This document shows, piece by piece, positions 1 through 9,099 of a stretch of 64,000 nt of DNA. The stretch is from Calditrichia bacterium (GTDB taxonomy: Bacteria; Calditrichota; Calditrichia; RBG-13-44-9; J075). The notes below the pieces were generated by a model. That model saw nothing but the letters and a program-made list of their open reading frames with translations. It did no database searches and had not been told where the DNA came from. The DNA is taken from the NCBI GenBank assembly GCA_050633245.1, contig JBOEGD010000009.1, positions 128,001 to 192,000 of the forward strand, given 5' to 3'. Within the stretch, counting starts at the first letter, position 1. Each line of letters opens with the position of its first letter. The translations under genes were made by a program, and so were the position numbers.

Positions 1-653
1 TTGGTGGAACGGATTCTGCCGTTGTAAACATTACCGTCACCGCTCGCAATGATGCACCAATCGTTGCAAACCCGATTGCGGACACCACGTTAGCTGAAAA
101 CAGTGGCTTAGTTTTTATTGCTTCGTTAAACACCGTGTTTAACGATGTTGATACCAACGATATGCCACTGGAGAATTTTAATGTAAGCTCATCCGGCAGC
201 ATTATCTCGTCACTGGCGGGAGACTCACTTTATCTTGCGGTACCCTCCGGTGCTTCCGGAACGGACACAATTACTGTAACTGCAGTAGACGATAGTGTTG
301 CGACCGTCGATGACCAGTTTGTTGTACAAATTCAAGCACCTGCAGCAGTTGACGACCTTCCGCAAACAGTTCCACAAGATTTTACAGTATTTGCAAACTA
401 TCCTAACCCTTTTAATCCGATTACACACATCCGCTACTATCTGCCGACACGAAGCAACATCACGATAACGGTGTTTGATATTGCCGGCGGAACGATTAAG
501 ACACTTCTAAATGGCGCACAGCCGGCAGGGAATCACGAAATTAGCTGGAATGCTCGAGATCAGAACGGTAATCCCGTAAGTTCAGGAGTCTATCTTTACA
601 GGGTAGAGGCAAATGGACGCATCGAAACACGCAAAATGATTTATATTAAGTAA
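1..653 (+). CDS. Secreted protein, 5'-truncated by window edge; cadherin/Ig-like repeat plus FlgD-Ig/T9SS-type C-terminal domain
   Basis: Frame open from position 3 (GGTDSAVVNITVTARNDAPIVANPIAD...); ends NYPNPFNP...WNARDQNGNPVSSGVYLYRV...RKMIYIK. Confidence 0.9.
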   Translation, partial: GGTDSAVVNITVTARNDAPIVANPIADTTLAENSGLVFIASLNTVFNDVDTNDMPLENFNVSSSGSIISSLAGDSLYLAVPSGASGTDTITVTAVDDSVATVDDQFVVQIQAPAAVDDLPQTVPQDFTVFANYPNPFNPITHIRYYLPTRSNITITVFDIAGGTIKTLLNGAQPAGNHEISWNARDQNGNPVSSGVYLYRVEANGRIETRKMIYIK

Positions 654-658
654 TAGTA

Positions 659-695
659 TTGCGCAATATTTCGGTAGACCCGAAATATTGCGCAA
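659..695. terminator. Perfect 16-bp hairpin, likely bidirectional terminator
   Basis: TTGCGCAATATTTCGG-TAGAC-CCGAAATATTGCGCAA between convergent stops at 653 and 711. Confidence 0.8.
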
Positions 696-710
696 CCTTC
701 TTCACTGTTC

Positions 711-3700
711 TTATTCCTTGTAATTTGGATTCTTGATAAATTCCCCCACAAACTTCCCGTCTTTATCTACTTGCCTGGCACCTAAAATATCTTCCGTTTT
801 AACACCACCGGGAATTGCAAACTCCTTCTCATAGGGATATGGACTCTTATCACCGAGTGCTTTATTCACGTCGACCCCGCCTTTTGGACGGACAACGTAG
901 ACATAATTACCTTTCTGTGAGAACTTGGCAGCAATCCCCGGAGCTGATGTTGTAGAGACATAATTACTCGGAGGTTTTATGTTGTTCCTGGCGTGCTTCA
1001 ACACATCCATACTTTCTCCACGCGGCTGGAACCCCTTTTCAAAAACCTCTGAAGGCATACGACGATCTCCGCGAAACAGGTAACGTTTTCCGGAACATAA
1101 CCCATCGACCAGCTGGCTACTTCCTCGAACGGCACCAAGAGCATCGCTGCCACGATCAAGCGTTTTATAGAGCGTTCCCAATCCTGCAGCGCCGGGCGTT
1201 AAAATCCCAACTAGATCAAGCCCAACCGCAGTCCAATTCGAATAACTTGCAGGATCAATCACCAAATCCTTTATGGAAAATCCGAGTGATATGACGTCGA
1301 AGATTGTCTCGAAATATGCACCATCCTGCTCCACTTTGCTAACCGGATCATTCGCCGTAAAAGCATAAGGACTTATTGACAGATAGTCGAGCGCCTTAGG
1401 GTCTGGTGATAACCAGCGTCCCAATGATGGATCGTAATAGCGACGACCAAAACTCAACCAGCCCGTCTCGTCATCACCATGTTGTCCACTAAAACCCGGA
1501 GTTCCGGTCGTGGCACCACTTAAGTAAGACTTGCCGGGCATGAGTTGTCCAAATGGATAGAACTCCATTGCAGCAAGCAGTTCACCATCTTCACTCACAA
1601 CTCGCTTCACTGAACCCTGATAATCACGCAAAAAATAATGCTTAACAGGAGCGATAGTCTCACCCGTTTTGCTGTCAACCTGGGCCGGCAGCCATCTGCC
1701 TTCGACTTTCTCGCCGATAATATTCCAGTGAACCAGCTTTCCATTATGGAATTGACCCAGCGGATGCTTCTTGGCAAAAATTGCCGCCTCACAATACGAG
1801 CCGTTTTTCTTCGCTACACGTTGGTTATCGCGATTATAACTAAACTGAAGCTCGGCTCCGCTAAACGTTTTAACATAAATTGGCCTGTTAAACCAATCAT
1901 AGTCGATTTCCATTGTTGCTGTAGCTTGTTCAATACGAATAATATTGCCATTCGCGTCATACGAGAAGTCACTTGATTCCGCATCCCACTTTTCCTCAGT
2001 TGCATTCACCCGATCCAGAATAGTTTGAATTTGATTCGATTCACCATAGTGATAGTCGAGCCTATCGAGCAACTCGCCTTCGCCGTCATACTTGCGAAAT
2101 CCAAGAATATTGCCACTGGCATCGTAGGAGAAACCATTTAGCTTATAGGCTGACTTTTCTTGCCAAATGCGATCGAACTCAGAGTAGGTTGCAGAACGCA
2201 AGCGGTCGGCGGAATCGAACGCGTAGTCGTATCTTTGTAAAAGCTCATTGTGGTCCAGAAAATCGACTTGATTTATGCGACCATCAGGCGAATAGGCGAA
2301 GCGTTGGAACATGCCATAAGCTGTATTGGTAATCTGCCCTGAAGACACTAACCAGCCACGTAGGTTGTGCTCATAAGGCATTGCAACAGTCGGGGTTGAA
2401 CCATTGGCATATCCCAGACCAATAAAGTTTTGCATGCCTTCTACGGCGTAGTCGTATTTGACATCCAGTTCATGTGAGGTTAAACTCGCTGCAGTTCGCA
2501 CGGCTGCCAGACGATCCCGCTCGTCATAGTCAAAATGGTGGGAATAAAAGTTGTCTCCAGCCTGCACAGTCAGTGAAAGAGGATTGTCTTGCAGATCGTA
2601 GCTTAGTTGAAGATCTGCAAGGGGGATCTCTGCGTTCAGCTTACGTGTTTCGCGCAAATTACCGCGCTCATCGTAAGAGAATAATTCTACCTGCCAAGCC
2701 CCATTCGAGAAATAGGCATGTGCAGTCCGTCTTGAAACGGGAAGGTGATGTGTAAAGGTGGTATACCGGCTGTTCGGGAAAATATTCCACGGTGCAGTGG
2801 TAAAATCCGGCGACATATCATAGCAGTTCACCTCCACCCAATTCTTGTCGTCGTGTTCAAAGAAATAGGATTCGGCCGGGTTCAGCTCATCGAAATCCGC
2901 ATTGGCATGCCCTACCAACTTCAGCCGGTCGAGAAAATCATAGATGTAAAATCGAACAATACCGGCATTGCGCATGTTGGCATCTTGCATAAAACGCAGA
3001 TTTCCATGTGGATCATAGCGATACTGACGCCGTCCGCTATCAATTAGATTATCTTCCATCGGCAGGTTCAGCGTATTGTATTTTTGAGTCATTAGCCAAT
3101 CATTGGCATTGCTTCCGGAAGGCGGTGCGAAGAAGTTTGGTGGACGAATAATGAGTTGATTTCCGGCAGCATCTACATCGGATTGTGATTTTAAGACTGA
3201 GCTGAGTTGCCCGGGATTCCAAAAAGTGACATCGCCGATCACCCGGGCTGGGGCGTTATGCTGTGGATTTAGTCGACGCGCAACAGCCCGAAGCAAATAG
3301 GATCCTGCTGCCAACTCAACTTCCCCCTGCCAATTGCCATCTTCTGAAAGAGACAGAAAGGATACGCTACCGTTAAGATTGGTGATACTAAACTCTCCGC
3401 TCAGGTACGGACCATTAGCGGTGATTGAGCAACTCCAGCCGATACGTTGCGGTTCATCCAGGACGATTAATTTGCTATCCGCCGCCTCACCTTCGTTGCA
3501 ATTTCCGTCATTGTAACAGCTGGCATTGACTTCTGCAGTCGCTTCCGTCGAGCCGGAGAAGAGCTGCGAGCCAACAAGATTGTTCAGTTCGTCGAAGTAG
3601 CTTGCGCGCTCTCGCCCAGCCTCATCACGAGAGTAGTCAGTGCGCAGAAGGATAGACCGCGAAGTTGGATACACTTCGGGGAAGACTTCTGAGGCTTTCT

Positions 3701-6700
3701 GAAATCGCTGCATAAACAGTTGATTTGTGCTTGTTCCACTCTCGGTTGGATAAGCGATACGCTGCGGATTTCCGGTAAATTTCCCGGGATACAGGTATTG
3801 CGTTACTCGATTGGTTTTTTGATCAGAAAGCGTGCCGTCAGCATTGCGACGGTCATAAAGCGAATCGAAATGAACCGGTTGCCCAACCGAACGCGCATAC
3901 GGCAAATATTTGCTGTAGATCCTCCCCTGCAGGTCAAGTTCATTCGTTAAGTAGGTGTTGCGATTGTCCGCTGTTATTACGGTTTGTACTGCCTCGCCTA
4001 AACCATTAGAGAAGACCGTTTCATTACGCTGTTTTGTCGCATCCTGAAAAAATTGCGAAATCACCGAGTTTGGGGAGTGCATTTCTTCCCCGGCATCTCG
4101 ACCATAACTATAGCTATGTTTCGAGATGATTCTGCCAGAGCGATCTTTTATCGTGGTCAACCGCGAAAACGAGTCATAGTTGTATCGCGTTACTATACCG
4201 TTTTCATCTTCAACCGACTCCATGTTAAGAGAGGATTGATTATAATCATACGCTCGAAAAACCTGCCCGGCCATGGATATACCAGTCAAATAAGCATGGC
4301 CGAACTCTTGATGATGAGCCAGATTTGAGAAGTTATTTTCGTTGTTACCATAAAAAAGCGCGAGCTCTTCTCCACGGCCATCCTCAAACAAGACCCGGTT
4401 TCCATTCGAATATTCCAAAACACGAAATCCCAGCTGCCAGTGGGTTCCCGGCATCTCATCCACTTCCCAGGCATTAAACTCTGGTGGAAAAGCTAAATCT
4501 CCGGGTGCTGCAAGATCATAGCGTTCATACAGCCGCCAGGCAGTGGGGGCTTCCCCTTTCTTCGAGTCAATTTCCGGCGTTTCCCGCCATGTTTGACGAT
4601 AGGTACCATGTAAGCTCGTTACCCCAAGTCGATTGTTTTTGCTAAATGCGGTTTCTTCGGCCAATGCCGCAAGCTGATTGCGGCTTCGCATGCCGGTTAT
4701 CTGTTCAGTTTCCCAACTGTTGCCGCCATATTCCGGTATTTGCCAGGCATAACGAAGCTGCTTGTCTATCTTCCACTCTGGTGTGGAAATTGTCTCGCGC
4801 TTTAGCTGACCGGTTTCTTCAATGTATTCCCGCAGAATCGTTTTTGCGCGTACAACATCCGGATTATAGAATTCCTTTTGTTTTTCTTCAATTATATAGC
4901 TTGATGTCTGCCATGCATATGCTTTGTAAGGTAGAAGATCCGCAAGATCCAATACCAGTGCAGCCTTTGAAGCAGATGTGAGATAGTTAAAGTCTGCCGA
5001 AGTCGTGAGCTGGCCTTCACGTGCAGTAGAACGGACAATGGCAGAGCGGACTGCTCCGGCAGGCATTCCGATAGCACCTGCAAAGGCAACCCAGCGCTCG
5101 CTATAAACCGGGGATTGAAATAAAATCGTCCGGCACGAGGAATTGCTCTGATAGTATGTTTTAACAGAAGACGAATCGGACCAGGCTCGACGAATCCATT
5201 CGTACACAACATCCTGCTCACCGCGATTAACCGCCCGAAAGGCATTCGGTTCAATAAAGTGAGAATTGACAAACGGAAGTAGACGAGACGGCATGCAGCC
5301 AATGGTTCCAGGGCCATAGGAAAACTCGCTATACTCTGCATTTCCCATACCGTCCGAGCGCGTAATCCGAGTAACTCGAACTCCCCCCTGTCTACGACTT
5401 CCACCGGCTGGCCAGGCGTCGAAATCAAACACCATCTCGTCATATTGATGCTGCCCGGTAGAAAGGTTGTAGCGCACCCGATCGATGCGAACATCCTGCT
5501 GATCAATCTGATCATTTGAATATCTGTAGCTCTCCCAGCCACCAGTTGGGAAAACCATCTTGCGCAAGCTCCAGGCTGCCGCATCGTTTGGATTTGTGTC
5601 TATGCCAGAACCGGGATGCGGCATGTCATTGTAATAGCCGAGCCCATCGTAGTAGTGATGCGATGGATTAAAACTCCACTCGGGATTACCGGCACTACCC
5701 ACTTCGGGATAAACGAAATCATACCCGGGAAGCGTCTCGCCAGCCGGGTCACGATAGAAAAAACCGTGCAATGTCAGCTTGCCGCGACTTATTCCGCCAG
5801 ACGCCCCCTTGCCCAAAACATAATCGCTCAGTGAATTCCCATGATTCATTTCTACAATTTGGTTGACTTCACCACTGCGTGTGGCTAACTCGATGTGCTT
5901 AAGACGACGATAAAACCGGCTGATATCCTCGGTATTATTTCGCGCATAAACCAAATCGGCATCTTTGCGGTCCGCAACTGTAATAAACTCGGCACGATGG
6001 CTGGGCGTGGTAATAAAACGTAAATAGGTATTCTCGATGGCTTGCTCCGGCCCGGAATTACCAATCGCAACCGGCTCATTTTCATCAAAACCATAGTCGA
6101 AGCGAATCCAATCTGCCAGGCTTTCCAGTGCAGAATAAATATCTGCCGCAGAAGCTGGCTGAGCATCCGGCTTTTGTAATAACAGCCCAATATCACCATG
6201 ATATTCCGGTCCGGCGATAGCAAGCAGGCGCCAGGCATTGGGATGGTAAATCGTTTGTGCCAGGCCGCTAAACGAGCGAAATGCCGCGACTGTCGGGTTG
6301 CCAAACACGTAACGCACATTCTCGTCGGTGGTAATCATAAAACGCGTAATGTATTTTCCGGGGAGCAACGGATGATAGCTTTCACCAGGCCAGGGGTGAT
6401 TTTCACGATCGGTGATTAGCGTCTCGATCTTATAGGGAAGGTGCGTTTCGAGGTAAAATTTTGACGCATTATACGGCGCGCGAAACGATTTGACATTGGT
6501 ATTCTCATTAAAACCGGCAACCGTAGCGCGGCCCATGGGAATCGTACCAATTCCCGGCAGATTTACAAAAAAAGCATCAGGCATTTGAGCAGCCGTAGAC
6601 GGATCATCGACTCGGTCGACACCATAATGCACACCATTTGAAATCAGATTGCCCTTCACATCGCGCGTAATACTTCCGGGGTCAAAATTCCAGCCCAAGC

Positions 6701-6971
6701 CTAACCATGATGCCGTTTGATGATAGCGAATCCCGGCTCGATAGGAAAATTCAATTTCAAAGCTGCGTCCCGGGCTCCCCGGAACGGTTAAGACCGGAAT
6801 CCTTAGATGCAGATCTCCCTTGCTATCGACATTGCCTTCCGCAGGCGTGGCGAATGACCAAACCTCCGGCTGCATGTTAAACTCATTAAATCGTTGAAAA
6901 ACCGGCTGCTGCGCTACAGTGCTAATTGAAAACAGCAAGAGCAACAGTCCACATAGCCAAACAGGTTGCAT
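711..6971 (-). CDS. Rhs/YD-repeat polymorphic toxin with N-terminal signal peptide and C-terminal ADP-ribosyltransferase domain
   Basis: Hydrophobic signal (MQPVWLCGLLLLLFSISTVA-QQ); ASWLGLGWNFDPGSITR N-terminal motif; YD repeats; Rhs core FGRRYYDPSLGRWLSPDP...PYAFTANDP; tip with LFRGD, YVSTTS and YPYEKE motifs; GGAGG RBS. Confidence 0.92.
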   Translation of the reverse strand: MQPVWLCGLLLLLFSISTVAQQPVFQRFNEFNMQPEVWSFATPAEGNVDSKGDLHLRIPVLTVPGSPGRSFEIEFSYRAGIRYHQTASWLGLGWNFDPGSITRDVKGNLISNGVHYGVDRVDDPSTAAQMPDAFFVNLPGIGTIPMGRATVAGFNENTNVKSFRAPYNASKFYLETHLPYKIETLITDRENHPWPGESYHPLLPGKYITRFMITTDENVRYVFGNPTVAAFRSFSGLAQTIYHPNAWRLLAIAGPEYHGDIGLLLQKPDAQPASAADIYSALESLADWIRFDYGFDENEPVAIGNSGPEQAIENTYLRFITTPSHRAEFITVADRKDADLVYARNNTEDISRFYRRLKHIELATRSGEVNQIVEMNHGNSLSDYVLGKGASGGISRGKLTLHGFFYRDPAGETLPGYDFVYPEVGSAGNPEWSFNPSHHYYDGLGYYNDMPHPGSGIDTNPNDAAAWSLRKMVFPTGGWESYRYSNDQIDQQDVRIDRVRYNLSTGQHQYDEMVFDFDAWPAGGSRRQGGVRVTRITRSDGMGNAEYSEFSYGPGTIGCMPSRLLPFVNSHFIEPNAFRAVNRGEQDVVYEWIRRAWSDSSSVKTYYQSNSSCRTILFQSPVYSERWVAFAGAIGMPAGAVRSAIVRSTAREGQLTTSADFNYLTSASKAALVLDLADLLPYKAYAWQTSSYIIEEKQKEFYNPDVVRAKTILREYIEETGQLKRETISTPEWKIDKQLRYAWQIPEYGGNSWETEQITGMRSRNQLAALAEETAFSKNNRLGVTSLHGTYRQTWRETPEIDSKKGEAPTAWRLYERYDLAAPGDLAFPPEFNAWEVDEMPGTHWQLGFRVLEYSNGNRVLFEDGRGEELALFYGNNENNFSNLAHHQEFGHAYLTGISMAGQVFRAYDYNQSSLNMESVEDENGIVTRYNYDSFSRLTTIKDRSGRIISKHSYSYGRDAGEEMHSPNSVISQFFQDATKQRNETVFSNGLGEAVQTVITADNRNTYLTNELDLQGRIYSKYLPYARSVGQPVHFDSLYDRRNADGTLSDQKTNRVTQYLYPGKFTGNPQRIAYPTESGTSTNQLFMQRFQKASEVFPEVYPTSRSILLRTDYSRDEAGRERASYFDELNNLVGSQLFSGSTEATAEVNASCYNDGNCNEGEAADSKLIVLDEPQRIGWSCSITANGPYLSGEFSITNLNGSVSFLSLSEDGNWQGEVELAAGSYLLRAVARRLNPQHNAPARVIGDVTFWNPGQLSSVLKSQSDVDAAGNQLIIRPPNFFAPPSGSNANDWLMTQKYNTLNLPMEDNLIDSGRRQYRYDPHGNLRFMQDANMRNAGIVRFYIYDFLDRLKLVGHANADFDELNPAESYFFEHDDKNWVEVNCYDMSPDFTTAPWNIFPNSRYTTFTHHLPVSRRTAHAYFSNGAWQVELFSYDERGNLRETRKLNAEIPLADLQLSYDLQDNPLSLTVQAGDNFYSHHFDYDERDRLAAVRTAASLTSHELDVKYDYAVEGMQNFIGLGYANGSTPTVAMPYEHNLRGWLVSSGQITNTAYGMFQRFAYSPDGRINQVDFLDHNELLQRYDYAFDSADRLRSATYSEFDRIWQEKSAYKLNGFSYDASGNILGFRKYDGEGELLDRLDYHYGESNQIQTILDRVNATEEKWDAESSDFSYDANGNIIRIEQATATMEIDYDWFNRPIYVKTFSGAELQFSYNRDNQRVAKKNGSYCEAAIFAKKHPLGQFHNGKLVHWNIIGEKVEGRWLPAQVDSKTGETIAPVKHYFLRDYQGSVKRVVSEDGELLAAMEFYPFGQLMPGKSYLSGATTGTPGFSGQHGDDETGWLSFGRRYYDPSLGRWLSPDPKALDYLSISPYAFTANDPVSKVEQDGAYFETIFDVISLGFSIKDLVIDPASYSNWTAVGLDLVGILTPGAAGLGTLYKTLDRGSDALGAVRGSSQLVDGLCSGKRYLFRGDRRMPSEVFEKGFQPRGESMDVLKHARNNIKPPSNYVSTTSAPGIAAKFSQKGNYVYVVRPKGGVDVNKALGDKSPYPYEKEFAIPGGVKTEDILGARQVDKDGKFVGEFIKNPNYKE

Positions 6972-7022
6972 AACAACCTCCCGTGTTGTGTAAAAACGCG
7001 GGGGACGTGTGGCAAGTGCTTT

Positions 7023-7039
7023 TGCACATCATGTGCCAA
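7023..7039 (-). promoter_or_regulatory. Candidate sigma54 (-24/-12) promoter of the rhs gene
   Basis: Minus strand TTGGCAC-ATGAT-GTGCA has exact GG-N10-GC spacing, ~50 nt upstream of the start codon. Confidence 0.6.
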
Positions 7040-7160
7040 CAAAAAGAAACGCCATTTTGTGCAGTTTTTCGGTTTGCAGAACGTTCTAAGATGCAAAAAG
7101 AACTGGCAGGGATTTATGAAGCAAATGACTGTAGGTGCGTGGTAGAGACATCTGAGGCAG

Positions 7161-7179
7161 CTGCAAAACAGCTTTGCAG
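7161..7179. promoter_or_regulatory. Palindrome, candidate enhancer-binding-protein site
   Basis: CTGCAAA-ACAGC-TTTGCAG (TGCA-N9-TGCA), ~130 nt upstream of the sigma54-like motif. Confidence 0.35.
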
Positions 7180-7228
7180 ACATGCAAGGAAATAGTGCGT
7201 TGGTGCACGGTGTGCCAAGGTAAGACTT

Positions 7229-7252
7229 GTAAAGACGCGATGCTTCGCGTCT
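7229..7252 (+). repeat. REP-like 24-mer palindrome, copy 1
   Basis: GTAAAGACGCGATGCTTCGCGTCT; related copies at 12978-13001 and 17823-17846. Confidence 0.75.
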
Positions 7253-7285
7253 CGTAAGCCAAATGGTGCTAACGAATATTGCCTA

Positions 7286-7987
7286 TTAAATCGCCGTGAA
7301 CAGCCCTAGTGCAAAGCGCCAGGATCGCGCTCTTTGCTCAAGGCCATCGTTAGATCTGTTTAGCTGATTGGTAAGCTCCAGATTATACGCTCCGCCGATA
7401 TCTATTCCGAATGCCCCACGTATCGGTATTTGAACCCCAACTGCGAGGCTAAATCCAATTGCTTCATCCCTTGTAGGTTTCACTAATATGTCTTCAACAA
7501 AGAATGCGGCTTCCAAAGCAGGATCTAACTCCAGCCCGGTACTGCGCAAAAAGCCGACTGTTACGCCAGACGCTAAATACGGATGATATCCTGCACGCTT
7601 TACAACGTATCTCAATAATAGTGGTATTTCGATATAAGATAATTTTGCAACAAATCGTATGTCATTCAACACTCTGCCTGTAACGTCTGTAGTAACCTGC
7701 AAATCACTCTTTCCGCCAAGACGCACAAAGCCCACACCGCTTCGGATGCGCAATTCAGGGGAAAGTTGGTATTCAAGCTGAACATCGGTCAGATAACTCA
7801 ACTCCATATTCCCATATGGTTCGCCCGGAATATTAAATCCCTTCGCAGACAGTTTAGATAGAGTCATGCCTCCGTTGACCGTAATTGACAGGGGAGTTTT
7901 GGAAGATGAGGCAAAACGATCGTTCTGGCAATAAACAGATGTGGTAAAAAAGAGGAATAGTAGGATTACCGAGGCAAAAAACTTCAT
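7286..7987 (-). CDS. Outer-membrane beta-barrel protein (PorT/OmpA-like porin family)
   Basis: Start re-assigned to MKFFAS (RBS AGAGGA); signal peptide; LSYIEIPLLLRY motif; alternating beta-strands; paralog of 8114-8812. Confidence 0.85.
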   Translation of the reverse strand: MKFFASVILLFLFFTTSVYCQNDRFASSSKTPLSITVNGGMTLSKLSAKGFNIPGEPYGNMELSYLTDVQLEYQLSPELRIRSGVGFVRLGGKSDLQVTTDVTGRVLNDIRFVAKLSYIEIPLLLRYVVKRAGYHPYLASGVTVGFLRSTGLELDPALEAAFFVEDILVKPTRDEAIGFSLAVGVQIPIRGAFGIDIGGAYNLELTNQLNRSNDGLEQRARSWRFALGLFTAI

Positions 7988-8113
7988 TATGAATCCTCTG
8001 TTAAGATGAGTATCAAAGTAACATTCTTTGCGAAGTATTAATATAATGTCCCGCCTTATCAAAAGTTCATGCCAAAATCGAGTATCATTTATATCCAGGT
8101 AACATTAAGATCA

Positions 8114-8812
8114 CTAGATCCCCAAAAACAGCCCCAGCTCAAAGCGCCAGGATCTAACCTTTTGGCTTCGATCTTCATCTGCTGCATCCAGTTGATTTGT
8201 TAGCCCCAGATTGTAAGTGCCACCAATATCCAAACCAAGCGCTGCGCGCAGAGGAATCTGAACCCCGACTGAAAAATTTAATCCAACCGCCGTATCTTTC
8301 AACACATCGGAAATATCCTCATCAATAGTTAATGTTTCGCCGTTTAAGGTGCCATCAGCAACCAGGCTGGCAGATGTCAAAAAGCCAATCGTTGCGCCGG
8401 ATTCGATATAGGGTTGATACCAATCTCCCGTGAAAACATACTTTAACAGAAGCGGAATTTCTATGTTGGACTGTTTGTTTACGATGCGAATCCGATTCAG
8501 TTCTCTTCCCTCAGTATCCGTTTGCACTGTTTCCTCGCTTTTTCCACCAAGACGAACGTACTTCACGCCGCTGCGCACTCGGACAGCCGGCGTTATCGCA
8601 TACTCCAGCTCTGCACCGGGCATATAGCTAAGCTCCATCCCCCCATACAGATCGCCCAAAATATTAAAGCCCTCGTTAGAAAGTTTTGACAGCGTCATTC
8701 CACCGTCCAGGGCAATAGTAAACGGATCTGCAGTTTTAGAACGGTTGTCCTGACCATAGACCATTCCGGAAAAGTAAACACATAAAGCGAACATGATGAT
8801 AAATATCTTCAT
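8114..8812 (-). CDS. Outer-membrane beta-barrel protein (PorT/OmpA-like porin family)
   Basis: Signal peptide; GGMTLSKLS and IEIPLLLKY motifs; tandem paralog of 7286-7987. Confidence 0.85.
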   Translation of the reverse strand: MKIFIIMFALCVYFSGMVYGQDNRSKTADPFTIALDGGMTLSKLSNEGFNILGDLYGGMELSYMPGAELEYAITPAVRVRSGVKYVRLGGKSEETVQTDTEGRELNRIRIVNKQSNIEIPLLLKYVFTGDWYQPYIESGATIGFLTSASLVADGTLNGETLTIDEDISDVLKDTAVGLNFSVGVQIPLRAALGLDIGGTYNLGLTNQLDAADEDRSQKVRSWRFELGLFLGI

Positions 8813-9099
8813 TCAGCCAACTCCGATAATTTTGAAATATGAAGAATGAGTTTTATGAGGGGAGTTATTCTATATACAGAATATATAAACTCCGCACAAA
8901 TATGAATTTTCGTTCGGCTTTCTTGCCGGACTATGTAGATACGTATAATGAAGTGGAATTTGAATTTCCATATTGCATAATCTTCCACAACCACCTTATA
9001 CTGTTAATGCAAGACAAATACTCCCTCAGCATTGCTTGTAAAAGCGAGTGTTTTATTTTACTCGTACAAATAGACCCCTTATTCAGCGAGAGGCATTAA

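Noticed and set aside
7010-7026. Plus-strand sigma54-like TGGCAA...TTGCA
   Set aside because: Spacing is GG-N11-GC, not N10, and no credible plus-strand gene follows
8839-9099. 86-aa ORF upstream of the SnoaL gene
   Set aside because: AT-rich divergent promoter region, no RBS, no recognisable features; not fully excluded
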